The notes beneath the pieces are model-generated. The model made no database searches. It was not told where the DNA came from and saw only the letters and a list, made by a program, of their open reading frames with translations. A stretch of 62,672 nucleotides of DNA, counting the filler, from Asterionella formosa (lineage: Eukaryota), in the NCBI GenBank assembly GCA_002256025.1. It is 29 parts of 29 records of this genome, joined end to end, with 100 filler letters (N's around TTAATTAATTAA, not from the genome) between each part and the next. Parts side by side here need not be neighbours in the genome. Positions count along the whole stretch, not along the records: positions 49,830 to 51,887 come from NKIB01000523.1; positions 51,988 to 54,044 come from NKIB01000524.1; positions 54,145 to 56,201 come from NKIB01000525.1; positions 56,302 to 58,358 come from NKIB01000526.1; positions 58,459 to 60,515 come from NKIB01000527.1; positions 60,616 to 62,672 come from NKIB01000528.1; 23 more parts are not named here. One strand, given 5' to 3'. How positions within the stretch are numbered: position 1 is the stretch's first letter; each line of letters starts with the position of its first letter. Shown one piece after another: positions 50,720 to 62,672 of this stretch. The translations under genes and the position numbers were made by a program.

Positions 50720-51330
50720 TGTCAGAGTATGTGTCTGTTAGGCTGTTGATGTCAACAGGTGTCCGAAGACTAAATGTTGTCTGAGGAATGACCACCGGTG
50801 AACGGAAATAGAAAGGATTTATAAGGCAAAATTATATTGTTACGAGCGGCGCGAGAAAGATCTTGACGGGTCATTCCAGGGCAGTGCTGGAGTGCCCTAG
50901 AGTAGGCGCCAAATATTTTAACATGGTACCGGGCTCGATAGTACAAGTCGTACGAGGAAATACGTGAAAACCTGAGCTCGACAGATCGAGTCCTCAGCAA
51001 GAACAGAAAGAAAAACATGACGAGAAAAAGAAAGAGACGAAGAAAACGAGAGGGCAATATGAAAGTTCCTGTAGGATAGGATATGTCGAGGATACACAGT
51101 ACCGTAGGATGATGTTGTATGTCGAGCATCAACAGGGGAGGGTGTCTGAGTGGGTGTCTGTTAGGCTGTTAATGTCGACAGGTGTCCGAAGACTAAATGT
51201 AGTCTGAGGAATGTCTAAACGGAATTGACAGGATTTATATAGCAAAATAATATGCAGACGAGCGGCGTGAGAAAGATTTTGACTGGTCATTCCAGGGCAG
51301 TACTGGAGTGCCCTAGAGTTGGCGCCATAT
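50720..51330 (+). repeat. Two direct copies (~180 bp) of repeat R3
   Basis: GTGTCTGTTAGGCTGTT..ACAGGTGTCCGAAGACTAAATGT..GTCATTCCAGGGCAGT.CTGGAGTGCCCTAGAGT at about 50731 and 51154. Confidence 0.9.
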
Positions 51331-53059
51331 ACTATTTCAACAGGAAAATACCTACTACTGTGGCTAGGATCGACAACAACAAGGTGAAAACAATATTGGT
51401 ATTTACCACAAAAATGTTGGCATTGTACTTGCTAGCATTGTTGTTTTGGCTGGATTCAAGCTCAGAGTACACACTAGGTATCAGGAAAGCCCACATGTGA
51501 ACTGGAATGTAATTATTGTTTGGCTGGGAAAATGCGATTCTTTTATTAATAGAAAATACTTGAGTGTACCAGCAGTTGTTGCTGTGTCTGTGACTGAAAC
51601 ATCTTTCATCACATCATGGATCTCAGCCTTGACCATGACGAAAATATAGCAAGTATGTCCTCAAACATTGAGAATAAAGCTTTCCTTTTTCCTGACATAT
51701 ATAAAGAAGCACAACATAGAGAGAACAATCATAAAAGAACTATTCTAATAACGCTAATAATGACAAAGAAAATTGAAGTCAATGATGGCACATTTTTTTC
51801 ATGTTACGTACATACTACAGTATGATGCACAATTTTGAAAATGATGATGTACAAGTAGATTTGTTAACTTCACAGTAGCTGCTGAAANNNNNNNNNNNNN
51901 NNNNNNNNNNNNNNNNNNNNNNNNNNNNNNNTTAATTAATTAANNNNNNNNNNNNNNNNNNNNNNNNNNNNNNNNNNNNNNNNNNNNCGGCGTCTCCCCT
52001 GCCGTTCCTCCTCCAGCCACATTGCATCATCCGCTGTGCTTACAAGAGCAACGACAGGACATAAGTGCAAATAACAATCAACAGTTACAACAATGATGAT
52101 GGTCTTGCCGAAGTTATGATATCATGATTTTGGACAACTTACCATTTCCTCAATTGTATACTTTCTTCGATAATGAGCCAGAGACTTCATCCCTGAAATC
52201 GCTTCCGATGCCAGAAATTCTATGCTTTGACGAAGTTACATTTTCATCAAAAAAGCTAATATATTGCAAACTTACGTCATGAATCGAAATATGGGCCATA
52301 GTATTTTGCTGTGTAAATAGTAAAAACGTGATCACTATAACTTTCTCCTAATATGACATATTATGTAGTGGAGGGAAAATGGGCTGGCTAACCTTCTTAA
52401 CCAGAAACCGTCTTAAACAGTGACGATATTCTCAGTGGCAATACCGGATAAAAAAGGTTAAAATGTAAAACGTAAACTAAAATTATGATATAAACTGTGA
52501 AAAATGGAAATGATCTCCAATGGTCAATCCATTCCTCTCTTCCTGTAGGGTGATTCTGATTCCATACGTAAATAGTGCATACGTAATCCTTTTTCTCAAA
52601 TTCTCAGGATCGGAACATATCCAGCTGTTCTGATCCTCCTCTATATATAATAAACCCCTAATACTGTAGACCAAGACGACGGGGATACGACAGGTACATG
52701 GTACCAGTACATGGTACTCACTCATCACTTTCTCCGACGAATCATGTCTGATTTGTTGCTGTTGCGAATACATTTTATATATGGACTTGTTTCAATATGG
52801 TGACGGTGTGCTATTCATCTCCATGTCCATGTCCATGTTGATGGATCCTTCTGTATGCAAAATGAACGAGTTTACAAAACAAGCATCGCTCACCATGTAT
52901 GTATCATCATCAGAGAAACATCCATAAAGATGAGTGTAAAAGTAAATTTCAACAAACAGTTTAACAAAAACATACCCTACTTATTGATAATCAAAACATA
53001 ACAGTTCCGTAATTACAATAATATAAACTAAATGATCCTCCTAAATATTACCATGATGA

Positions 53060-54044
53060 TCATTTCCCACAATGGGTCAAATTGCAAAGTGCTGCTTTAC
53101 CTTTTTCTTGAACACCAGCATTGGATGTGTAATTTCGCATAGCAGACTCAATTAGGGCTTTTCCACCAGCATTGGATATCTTCACTCTGTTTTTGTCATT
53201 ATTCGAAGCCAAGTTCTGAAGTGCTGCACAACCGTACTCTTGCACCGTAGCATTTGAGGAATGAGTCTTCATTGCAGACAGAATCGTAGTGATACCTCCC
53301 GCTTCAGAAATCGTCACCTTGTTGTTTTCATTCACAGCCAAGTTCTGTAGTGCTCCACAACCTTTTTCTTGCACAGTAGCATTGGAGGAATGAGTCTTCA
53401 TTGCAGACAGAATCGTAGTGATACCTCCTGCTGCAGCTATTTGCTGGTCGTAGCTTGACATCCCAATGCTACTAGTACTTAAGGGAGCAGAAGACGTGAT
53501 GTTACTAGGTGCTGGTGGCGCGTCAAATTGATTTGAGATTGAAGGGCTGATTTCTATCTTGGCTTTTTTCAGATCAGGCTGGAGATCAGGTGAAGCACCA
53601 GAGCTCGATAGCAGAATAGTAGGGTCATCCGTCATATCGGACATGGCAGCAAAGGGGTCCACACCTGAAGACTGAAATGATGTACCGCCATTTTGACCGT
53701 CGCGACTTGACTCCTTTTCTTGGCTTTTTCGAATTGTTTCTCGAACGGGACCACATGCTGGACAGCGTGCATCTTTACATCGCCGATAATGACTAAGTAC
53801 ATATCGACTGCTCATGCAATAGTCAACAGTGCATTGTTCATCTTTACAGTGTGCAATGTGCTCCCATAGCGTTTTCATACTAGCACAGTGTGGAGTGACT
53901 GGACACTTTCCGGCTTTATATTGGCACTTCGAGGCATGACGCAACAACAGCAACCGCTGTTGTTTGTGTCTAATCTTCTGCAATTCAGTATCGATATTTC
54001 TACCCCCACTTACACTGCTACCCTGCAGACCGGTTTTCGTCACC
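53060..54044 (-). CDS. TAZ zinc finger (CBP/p300-type) fused to three ARM repeats, 5' truncated
   Basis: KQQRLLLLRHASKC..CPVTPHCASMKTLWEHIAHC..C..CMSSRYVLSHYRRCKDARCPACGPVR, a Ser-rich linker, then AGGITTILSAMKTHSSNATVQEKGCGAL repeats in one frame. Confidence 0.85.
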
Positions 54045-54299
54045 NNNNNNNNNNNNNNNNNNNNNNNNNNNNNNNNNNNNNNNNNNNNTTAATTAATTAA
54101 NNNNNNNNNNNNNNNNNNNNNNNNNNNNNNNNNNNNNNNNNNNNACAGCTCATGGCATGATTGTTACGTGATTCCGATATCATGCAACATTTTGTATGTC
54201 ACCCACAAGTGAAACTTACAACTTGTGGAGAAAGCATATATAAAGAAGTAACTTCCGCGACTCGCAACTTGGTTTGAAAATGCATTCAACAATTCTCCT

Positions 54300-55850
54300 G
54301 CATCAGAAAATGGAGTGTTGAAGGCAAGACAGGGTGTTTATTTGTTGCCCTAGCAGTTTTCAGTGATGGTTCACCTATTGATAAACAAATGAAAAATTCC
54401 GAGCATCCGTTTTTGTTGACAATATTAAACTTAACGTTAGAAGGAAGGAAAAAATTGATGGATGGCAATTGGTATCTTTTTTGCCAGAACCCCACATTGA
54501 AGTCAGTGATCTGGAGAAACAAATGAATAATAAGTTATCTGGTGACGACTTGTCCTTATGTCGACCCAAATTATACCATCCTCTTACAGGATTTCTATTG
54601 TCGCCTTTCGAAGAGCGATCCAAACAAGTCATACGATATTTTGGTTCATGGTCTTCGTATGACAAAAGTTTATTTCCAGATTGGAATGATCATTGGTGAT
54701 ACAGAATTACAGAATTGCACAACAAAATTTGTGGTGTCAGGGGTGGTAATGGATTATATCGACGATATGTTTGTCGTGATTGCCTGGTTTCAACTGAAGA
54801 TGCTGATAATCCTGATATTGGATGTGAACGTCGTAAAGTGTCAGATGTTAAAAAAATTTTAAACCAATTTCTTGTCAAAAATGCATATCCAGATGGAAAA
54901 TTACCATGTATCCCATCTGAAGATGCAGATAATCTCGATATTGGATGTGAACGTCGTAAAGTGTCAGATGCTAAAAAGTTTTTAAACAAATTTCTTGACA
55001 AAAATGCATATCCCGATGGAAATTCTTCATCAATTACTACTTGGAATATTTAAGTTCATTTTGGAATCATTGTACAATTATCGGACTATCCCTGAAGAAC
55101 GGACATGTTTTTTTAAGAAAGAAAGTCTCCAGATATTCCAGAGAACATCTCTGAATATCACTGAAACAACAGACACTGCTTTTCTTGATCAAGAGGACCC
55201 GAAGAAACGGGCAAAGACCAAAAAGGACACACGCAACAGTTACAAAAAATATCTACACTGGCAAAAATCAAGACCCAACACTTGTACCAACACCAGAAAT
55301 GTATGTATTTTCGAAACTATACTATACTTCGAACAAAGTGGCTGCTAGATATATCAATAGTCATTTGGAAAGGCAAAGCGATCGTGATATTCCAAAATTG
55401 TCAAACAGATCTGGGATGACAGCTTTGTCAAAAATGTCAGGGCAAGAAATTCCCGGATTATGTCTGCCTGTTAACTATTTTTTCAATGGATGGAATGATG
55501 GGCGGGCTCAGAGAACATGCACCTAGAAAAGGATTTCACATTGCTGTTATGGTTATTTATATCTATCAATGACACTTTATTCATACCGCAGTATACATCA
55601 ACATGTATTGATATTTTCGAGGAAAGGGTTAATAGATTTATGTCAGTTACTAAGATTATGATTTGTTCCCTACAGGAAATGATATCTCAAATTGGCTTAC
55701 AAATGTTAAAATTTCATGGAATGAAATATTACCCTCAACTGATTAGGAGGTTCGCTCGGATCTCCTCTTAATTTCTTTGGTGGATATTTGGAGTCTTTTT
55801 TGAAAGACAAATTGAAACGAGCGACCCACCAGTAAGCGTGTCAATGGACA
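54300..55850 (+). mobile_element. Degenerate Plavaka/CACTA-like transposase with an in-frame 123-bp tandem duplication (54794/54917)
   Basis: Fragments IIGDTEL.HNKICG..CRDC, EILHQLLLG, RQSDRDIP..GMTALSKMSGQE..G, LKFHGM.YYPQLIRRF across frameshifts. Confidence 0.6.
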
Positions 55851-56321
55851 CTTACATTGATGAAAGCATGACATTTTACCAAGGTCATATGAAACAAGGC
55901 AGTTTTCCTTGGCACGAAAAATTGTTATTGCAAGTGATATTTGATACATTACATACAGAAAACAAACAAAAGAAGATGAGTAAAGAAGTACATATGAATG
56001 TAACTGAGGGTATTTCAACAGAAATTGATTTCAAAGGAATGATTCCGGATACAAGGATGTTGCCTGGTGCGTCGCCTGATAATTTGGGAATATTGCCTAC
56101 CAAGATCCATTCACCATCCCTTCCTGTTAAAGTTCAGTTCTCTGCTTCATCATCAAATGGTCTATAACAGAAAAATCAAGTGTTCAATCTCTATTTGACA
56201 GNNNNNNNNNNNNNNNNNNNNNNNNNNNNNNNNNNNNNNNNNNNNTTAATTAATTAANNNNNNNNNNNNNNNNNNNNNNNNNNNNNNNNNNNNNNNNNNN
56301 NCCACCATCAGTTAGAAAACA

Positions 56322-58358
56322 ATGAAGGTTTGGTTCCAGTTGTTTCTTGGAAACGCAGGACTATTGCCAGTTTATGTCACGTTGACGGAGAATGATGTCA
56401 TTGCTGACTTGATGGAAGCTGTGAAGATTAAATGTGAAAATAGTCTGAGTGCCATAGATTCAGCGCAGCTCCGTGTGTACCCACCTGGAACTCAAGTGCC
56501 GGTTCCTGAGGGAGCTGATGATCCAACCATGGATCCTGGAGGTCTGGTTGTTCATCTGAATTGGGGAACTAGCAGCAAGCATGCGTTCGTGATCGTGGTC
56601 ATCCAACCTGATATTGGTACGTGTTTTGATCTCATGGAATACCCTCTATTGTATTGTAGGTCACAGCTCCTAATACTTACGTATCATTTCGTATCATTTA
56701 TCCCCTACAAATACTCGCTACTGTTGAAAAGACCAAGGAACGACGAAACGCCAGAAACCAAATGATGAGCAGGATGAAGCCTCGTCCTTAATATTGCTTA
56801 TAAAGGAGAAGCTCAACGTTCATTTCAAGCGCTTGGAGGCGGATCAGCAAGACCGAAGAATTCCAAAGACAATGCATATCTACATGATTGATCCGAAAAA
56901 AATTCCTTCTATTCCTACTTTACCTCCTTCTGACCCTACCTTACCTCTTTCTGATCCTACTTTACCCGCTTTTTCCCCAACTGATAGTTACTGGATTGAA
57001 AATGTCCAACAGGTGCGGTTCGACGACAGTGTTAGTAGGGGAATCTTATATCGCCCTAAAATTGTGAATGAAATGATGAAAGTTGTTGAAGATGCCTTCA
57101 AGAAAGAGCGTCGGACTGGAATCATGATCAAAGGACCGCATGGAATTGGCAAGTCGCACTCACTTGTCAACTTGGTTCGTAACCTGCAATATAACAGCAG
57201 CTGCAAGTACCTCGTAACTTTCATTCCAGACTGTCAAGAATGGAATGATGTTAACGAGTTGTACACTGCAATCTGTAGATCATTTGGTACTTCCTTACCG
57301 GCTCTCAAGTGGAAGATCTGTTCAAAAGATATCGAAAATTCAAGAGATCTGCAAACTTTTGTCAATGCCATTGACTTGATTCTTCAAGATATGAACAAGA
57401 AATGGGTCCTAGTCTTCGATCAGATCAACAGATTGTTTGCTCGACCAGAGCTAAACAAATCTGTTGATCTGGGCACTCTTCCCTTTTCTTTTCGTCTCAT
57501 CAACAGCATAATGAAGGGAGACCGCATTGTCTCCATCATTTCAGCTTCCGCAAACAACGAGATAGCCTACAGGGAAAGTCATCGAGGGTTTGTGGAGTAT
57601 GATCACCCTTGCCAAATGAATTTGGCAGAAATAGAGCTTGCTTTTAATGAAGTGGCTATACGGAATAACGGCAAAGAAATATTAAAGGTGACTGGTGGGG
57701 TGCCCTTACAGGTGAGGAATCTGATTTCCTTCAACTTTTCAATTGCCAATTATGAAAAGGGTGAATTGTGCTCAATTCTATTTTCTCTTGGAAAATTGCA
57801 TGACACGAAAACGGAATTGGAGTATAAGGGTATCACAGCATCAGCAGTTGGTTGCATTTTGTCAAATACAGGCCATGCCATGTATTATGACAGAAAGTAT
57901 TCAATTCCTGGCAAGAGGGAGGAGTTCACTCACTACGAGCCATTGTATCCTTTGGTGTTGGTAGCAGATCAAACCTTCTTTTGGGAGGACATACTGGAAT
58001 ATGTCGAAACACACGAGGCATCACTTTTGTTAGTCTGTGCCAATCTTAGTACAACAAATGACACTCGTGGTCGGATTTTTGAATTTCTTGTGATCAAGCA
58101 CTGTTCAACCAATGCAAATGTTACTTTTTTGAAAGGATTTTCGGCATTGAAGAAATGCAATCTCATTGAAACTTTTCCCCCAAAGAGTACCTTTCCCTCC
58201 AATGTGTTGCCAGAAATCATGAACGAAAATGGAATGTATGTTCCCCGAAACTCCAATTTTCCTGCAATTGATCTCATCTGGAAGTGTGGCGATAGTGTGT
58301 GTGGTGTCCAGGTACATGTTTCCAAACATCACAATGTACTGAAAAAGTTTACAGAAAT
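56322..58358 (+). CDS. Crinkler/CR-type effector, copy A: ubiquitin-like header + P-loop NTPase + REase-fold nuclease; join(56322..56616,56732..>58358)
   Basis: Header VWFQL..VIADLMEAVKIK..LSAIDSAQLRVY; a 115-nt GTACGT..AAAG intron joins the two ORFs in frame; Walker A GPHGIGKS, Walker B WVLVFDQIN; REase motifs RGRIFEFLV, NFPAIDLI, GVQVHVSKH. Confidence 0.8.
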
Positions 58359-58478
58359 NNNNNNNNNNNNNNNNNNNNNNNNNNNNNNNNNNNNNNNNNN
58401 NNTTAATTAATTAANNNNNNNNNNNNNNNNNNNNNNNNNNNNNNNNNNNNNNNNNNNNCCACCATCAGTTAGAAAACA

Positions 58479-60515
58479 ATGAAGGTTTGGTTCCAGTTGT
58501 TTCTTGGAAACGCAGGACTATTGCCAGTTTATGTCACGTTGAAGAAGAATGATGTCATCGCTGACTTGATGGAAGCTGTGAAGATTAAATGTGGTGACGA
58601 TCTTCAAGGTGTTTCCTCAGCGCGGCTCCGTGTGAACCCACCTGGAACTCAAGTGCCGGTTCCTGAGGGAGCTGATGATCTAATCCTGAGATCTGGAGGT
58701 CCGGTTGTTCATCTGAATTGGGGGACTAGCGACGACACTGCGTTTGTGATCGTGGTCATCAAACCTGATATTGGTACGTGTTTTGATCTCATGGAATACC
58801 CTCTATTGTATTGTAGGTCACAGCTCCTAATACTTACGTATCATTTCGTATCATTTATCCCCTACAAATACTCGCTACTGTTGAAAAGACCAAGGAACGA
58901 CGAAACGCCAGAAACCAAATGATGAGCAGGATGAAGCCTCGTCCTTAATATTGCTTATAAAGGAGAAGCTCAACGTTCATTTCAAGCGCTTGGAGGCGGA
59001 TCAGCAAGACCGAAGAATTCCAAAGACAATGCATATCTACATGATTGATCCGAAAAAAATTCCTTCTATTCCTACTTTACCTCCTTCTGACCCTACCTTA
59101 CCTCTTTCTGATCCTACTTTACCCGCTTTTTCCCCAACTGATAGTTACTGGATTGAAAATGTCCAACAGGTGCGGTTCGACGACAGTGTTAGTAGGGGAA
59201 TCTTATATCGCCCTAAAATTGTGAATGAAATGATGAAAGTTGTTGAAGATGCCTTCAAGAAAGAGCGTCGGACTGGAATCATGATCAAAGGACCGCATGG
59301 AATTGGCAAGTCGCACTCACTTGTCAACTTGGTTCGTAACCTGCAATATAACAGCAGCTGCAAGTACCTCGTAACTTTCATTCCAGACTGTCAAGAATGG
59401 AATGATGTTAACGAGTTGTACACTGCAATCTGTAGATCATTTGGTACTTCCTTACCGGCTCTCAAGTGGAAGATCTGTTCAAATGATATCGAAAATTCAA
59501 GAGATCTGCAAACTTTTGTCAATGCCATTGACTTGATTCTTCAAGATATGAACAAGAAATGGGTCCTAGTCTTCGATCAGATCAACAGATTGTTTGCTCG
59601 ACCAGAGCTAAACAAATCTGTTGATCTGGGCACTCTTCCCTTTTCTTTTCGTCTCATCAACAGCATAATGAAGGGAGACCGCATTGTCTCCATCATTTCA
59701 GCTTCCGCAAACAACGAGATAGCCTACAGGGAAAGTCATCGAGGGTTTGTGGAGTATGATCACCCTTGCCAAATGAATTTGGCAGAAATAGAGCTTGCTT
59801 TTAATGAAGTGGCTATACGGAATAACGGCAAAGAAATATTAAAGGTGACTGGTGGGGTGCCCTTACAGGTGAGGAATCTGATTTCCTTCAACTTTTCAAT
59901 TGCCAATTATGAAAAGGGTGAATTGTGCTCAATTCTATTTTCTCTTGGAAAATTGCATGACACGAAAACGGAATTGGAGTATAAGGGTATCACAGCATCA
60001 GCAGTTGGTTGCATTTTGTCAAATACAGGCCATGCCATGTATTATGACAGAAAGTATTCAATTCCTGGCAAGAGGGAGGAGTTCACTCACTACGAGCCAT
60101 TGTATCCTTTGGTGTTGGTAGCAGATCAAACCTTCTTTTGGGAGGACATACTGGAATATGTCGAAACACACGAGGCATCACTTTTGTTAGTCTGTGCCAA
60201 TCTTAGTACAACAAATGACACTCGTGGTCGGATTTTTGAATTTCTTGTGATCAAGCACTGTTCAACCAATGCAAATGTTACTTTTTTGAAAGGATTTTCG
60301 GCATTGAAGAAATGCAATCTCATTGAAACTTTTCCCCCAAAGAGTACCTTTCCCTCCAATGTGTTGCCAGAAATCATGAACGAAAATGGAATGTATGTTC
60401 CCCGAAACTCCAATTTTCCTGCAATTGATCTCATCTGGAAGTGTGGCGATAGTGTGTGTGGTGTCCAGGTACATGTTTCCAAACATCACAATGTACTGAA
60501 AAAGTTTACAGAAAT
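58479..60515 (+). CDS. Crinkler/CR-type effector, copy B; join(58479..58773,58889..>60515)
   Basis: Same architecture and intron as copy A; differs mainly in exon 1. Confidence 0.8.
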
Positions 60516-60615
60516 NNNNNNNNNNNNNNNNNNNNNNNNNNNNNNNNNNNNNNNNNNNNTTAATTAATTAANNNNNNNNNNNNNNNNNNNNNNNNNNNNN
60601 NNNNNNNNNNNNNNN

Positions 60616-61713
60616 GCCACCCCTGAATGCGCGGAAGTTTGCGTTGCCTATATTTCGTTCGTCACGATTACGTGTGTTTGAGGATGAGGCAGCAGCAGGC
60701 TTTGACTGGTTCCAGAGGTCCTTCATTTTGATTACTGCAGCTTGGAGGTCTGCTTTTGTTTTCTCGTTGTCCATAATTAGGAATTTAAGTCCTTGCATGC
60801 TCTGGTGTTTGATACCATCCAGAAATTTACGAACTTGTGTAAAACCATCACGTTGGACATTTAATTCTTCCATTTCAATGTTGGAAGTTATATGGACTGC
60901 GCAATATTGTTCGAATGTGAATTGAGATCTGTCTTCTCTGTAGAATGCATTATCAATTCTCGCATCTGCATCCTTAATCCTAGCATTGCGTGAATCTTGA
61001 CCGTCCATCATCGTTATAATCATCTGCCATGCTGATCTTCCATCCTGGGTGGAACGGTAACGGTCAACAAGTGCTTCCATCGTGCCACCACTTGTCCAGC
61101 TAATTAACACTTGGAAGAATTCATAGTTGTCTGCTTGATAGACACTTCCGTGATGTGGTGTATCCCTGATGATCACACTCATGTCATTGTCATCAGTTTC
61201 AATATATCCTTGTTCTTCTCTTATGAGGTAAAGAAAAGGGACATTGTTGCAATTGCGGCGTTTAGCCATATAAGCAATGAGCTCTCGTTTTCGCTTACGC
61301 CAATCTTGTGGTTTGCCAAGCCATGGTTCAGGTTCTTTAATATCACGGACATTGTTTCTTTGTGATGCGTCAATGGTGCGTTTTTGGCCATTTCCAACCT
61401 GTTCAAGCATTTTTGTTAGTTCTTCATTTGTAAAATAGTTTGAAGAAACATTTCCGAAACCTTCATTTGCCTGTTGTTCTCTGATCCACATCTTAAATGC
61501 CATCAGTCGCATTTTCTTTCCAGCTGTAGGACGATTATTAGCTTGGAAACATAACATAAGAGTCTCGTCATCAACATATGAGAGCTCGGATGACATTGAA
61601 ATGTCTTGCATGATCAAACGATCTGCTTGTGCTTCATTTAATTGCACCACGTGGATCACTGCATTTTTAAAATGTTCTCTTTCGCCTGGGCGATCGTCGT
61701 TTTGTTCGGCCAT
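60616..61713 (-). mobile_element. CoDi-type copia gag, 3' truncated; PBS-like motif upstream at 62018-62031
   Basis: KEPEPW..W..LIAYMA..NNVPFLYLIRE, GSVYQADN, QDGRSAW, FTFEQY, VRKFLDGIK; the minus strand reads CA|GTTTATCAGACCCA upstream. Confidence 0.75.
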
Positions 61714-62672
61714 GCCGACTTTATATATGTTCTTTGATGAGTGGAATCTATCCAACAACACCAGCACACAATCCCTCTTCCAGTGGGATTTTATGTCACA
61801 ATGACAAAATGTGTGAACGATGACACCCTGTGTCTTACGGTCCCTTTGACCTGTCACTCCAAAATTGGATGATCTGCTGTTTAGACAGTGAGATACTGTG
61901 ACTGTTTGTTGTGCTTGTCACCGGCGCAACTTCCGGCACTTGTTGCTCACAATGGCGCAATCGCAGTTGCTATCGTCCGATTCTTCTCAAACCTCTTCTT
62001 CCCTCTTTCGAGTGCGATGGGTCTGATAAACTGTTCCGATCTCAACAAACACACTAACGATTGAAGAGGCTCATGAGGAATACAAAGAGTATGAAGCGAC
62101 GATCAAAGAAGGAGAAAACACAAACTAAAATTATAAAGTGTTATAAACCATGCAATATTTAGTTCCGAGGAAAATCGGGAAGAAGAATTCTGTCGAGGTG
62201 ACCACGTCAGAATTTCGGCCGGTCTGATCAACATACCTGTATATTTATGTATGAAGAGATTAACATACGGCAATTCACCTTTCACCATGCCAATTGTCGT
62301 CCATCATGACCGGTTTGAAGAGAAATCAGTTCCGCGATGACGCCAGTAGCGATTCTTTGCCTAGCGGATGCGGTTGATTGTTGGATTGCTTGTCTTCTCG
62401 AGGTATTCATGTAGTCGCATCGTCCATATTTCGTCGGACGCACGATGATATCGATACATCTGATGTTGGTGGCAAGTTTTTGCTCCGGTCATGTACCGGT
62501 ATGTAATGATGCTTAACGGATATTCTACCGGTACCGGCAGTCATCTAGTCTACATACGTACGTGGTACTAAAAACAACCATGCATGCTTTAACGCTTACT
62601 TTGAACACGTTATAATATTACCTCTGTAGACTCAGTATTATTTCTACGAGACCTGAAATGTTGAATTATATC

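Noticed and set aside
56302..60515. Apparent tandem duplication of the CR effector
   Set aside because: Separate equal-length contigs with identical ends (assembly bubble); physical linkage is unknown, and they may be alleles or paralogs
62180..62290. FCRGDHVRIS, reminiscent of a Polinton integrase or KOW motif
   Set aside because: Too short, with no supporting ORF

Overview
This window is not one locus. It is 29 unrelated contigs of about 2.05-2.07 kb joined by an artificial 100-bp linker (44 N + TTAATTAATTAA + 44 N), so gene neighbourhoods across linkers mean nothing. The source is eukaryotic and very likely a diatom: there are GT-AG introns, bipartite plastid-targeting presequences (signal peptide + ASAF-like motif) and CoDi-type Ty1/copia elements. 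The contigs are mostly repeat-rich assembly leftovers: copia gag/pol fragments, pogo-like and Plavaka-like transposase relics, dispersed non-autonomous repeats and a ~190-bp satellite. A few host genes are present: an RsmB/Sun methyltransferase, an Obg GTPase, an IGPS-like protein, Oxa1, a prolyl 4-hydroxylase, a glycosyltransferase and a PGRL1 fragment. The most interesting item is a pair of Crinkler/CR-type effector genes (ubiquitin-like header + P-loop NTPase + restriction-endonuclease-fold domain). The two copies are nearly identical except for a hypervariable N-terminal header exon. Also notable are a TAZ-zinc-finger/ARM-repeat chimera and a one-sided CpG-decay signature between two copia copies. 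All family calls come from motif recognition by eye, not database searches.
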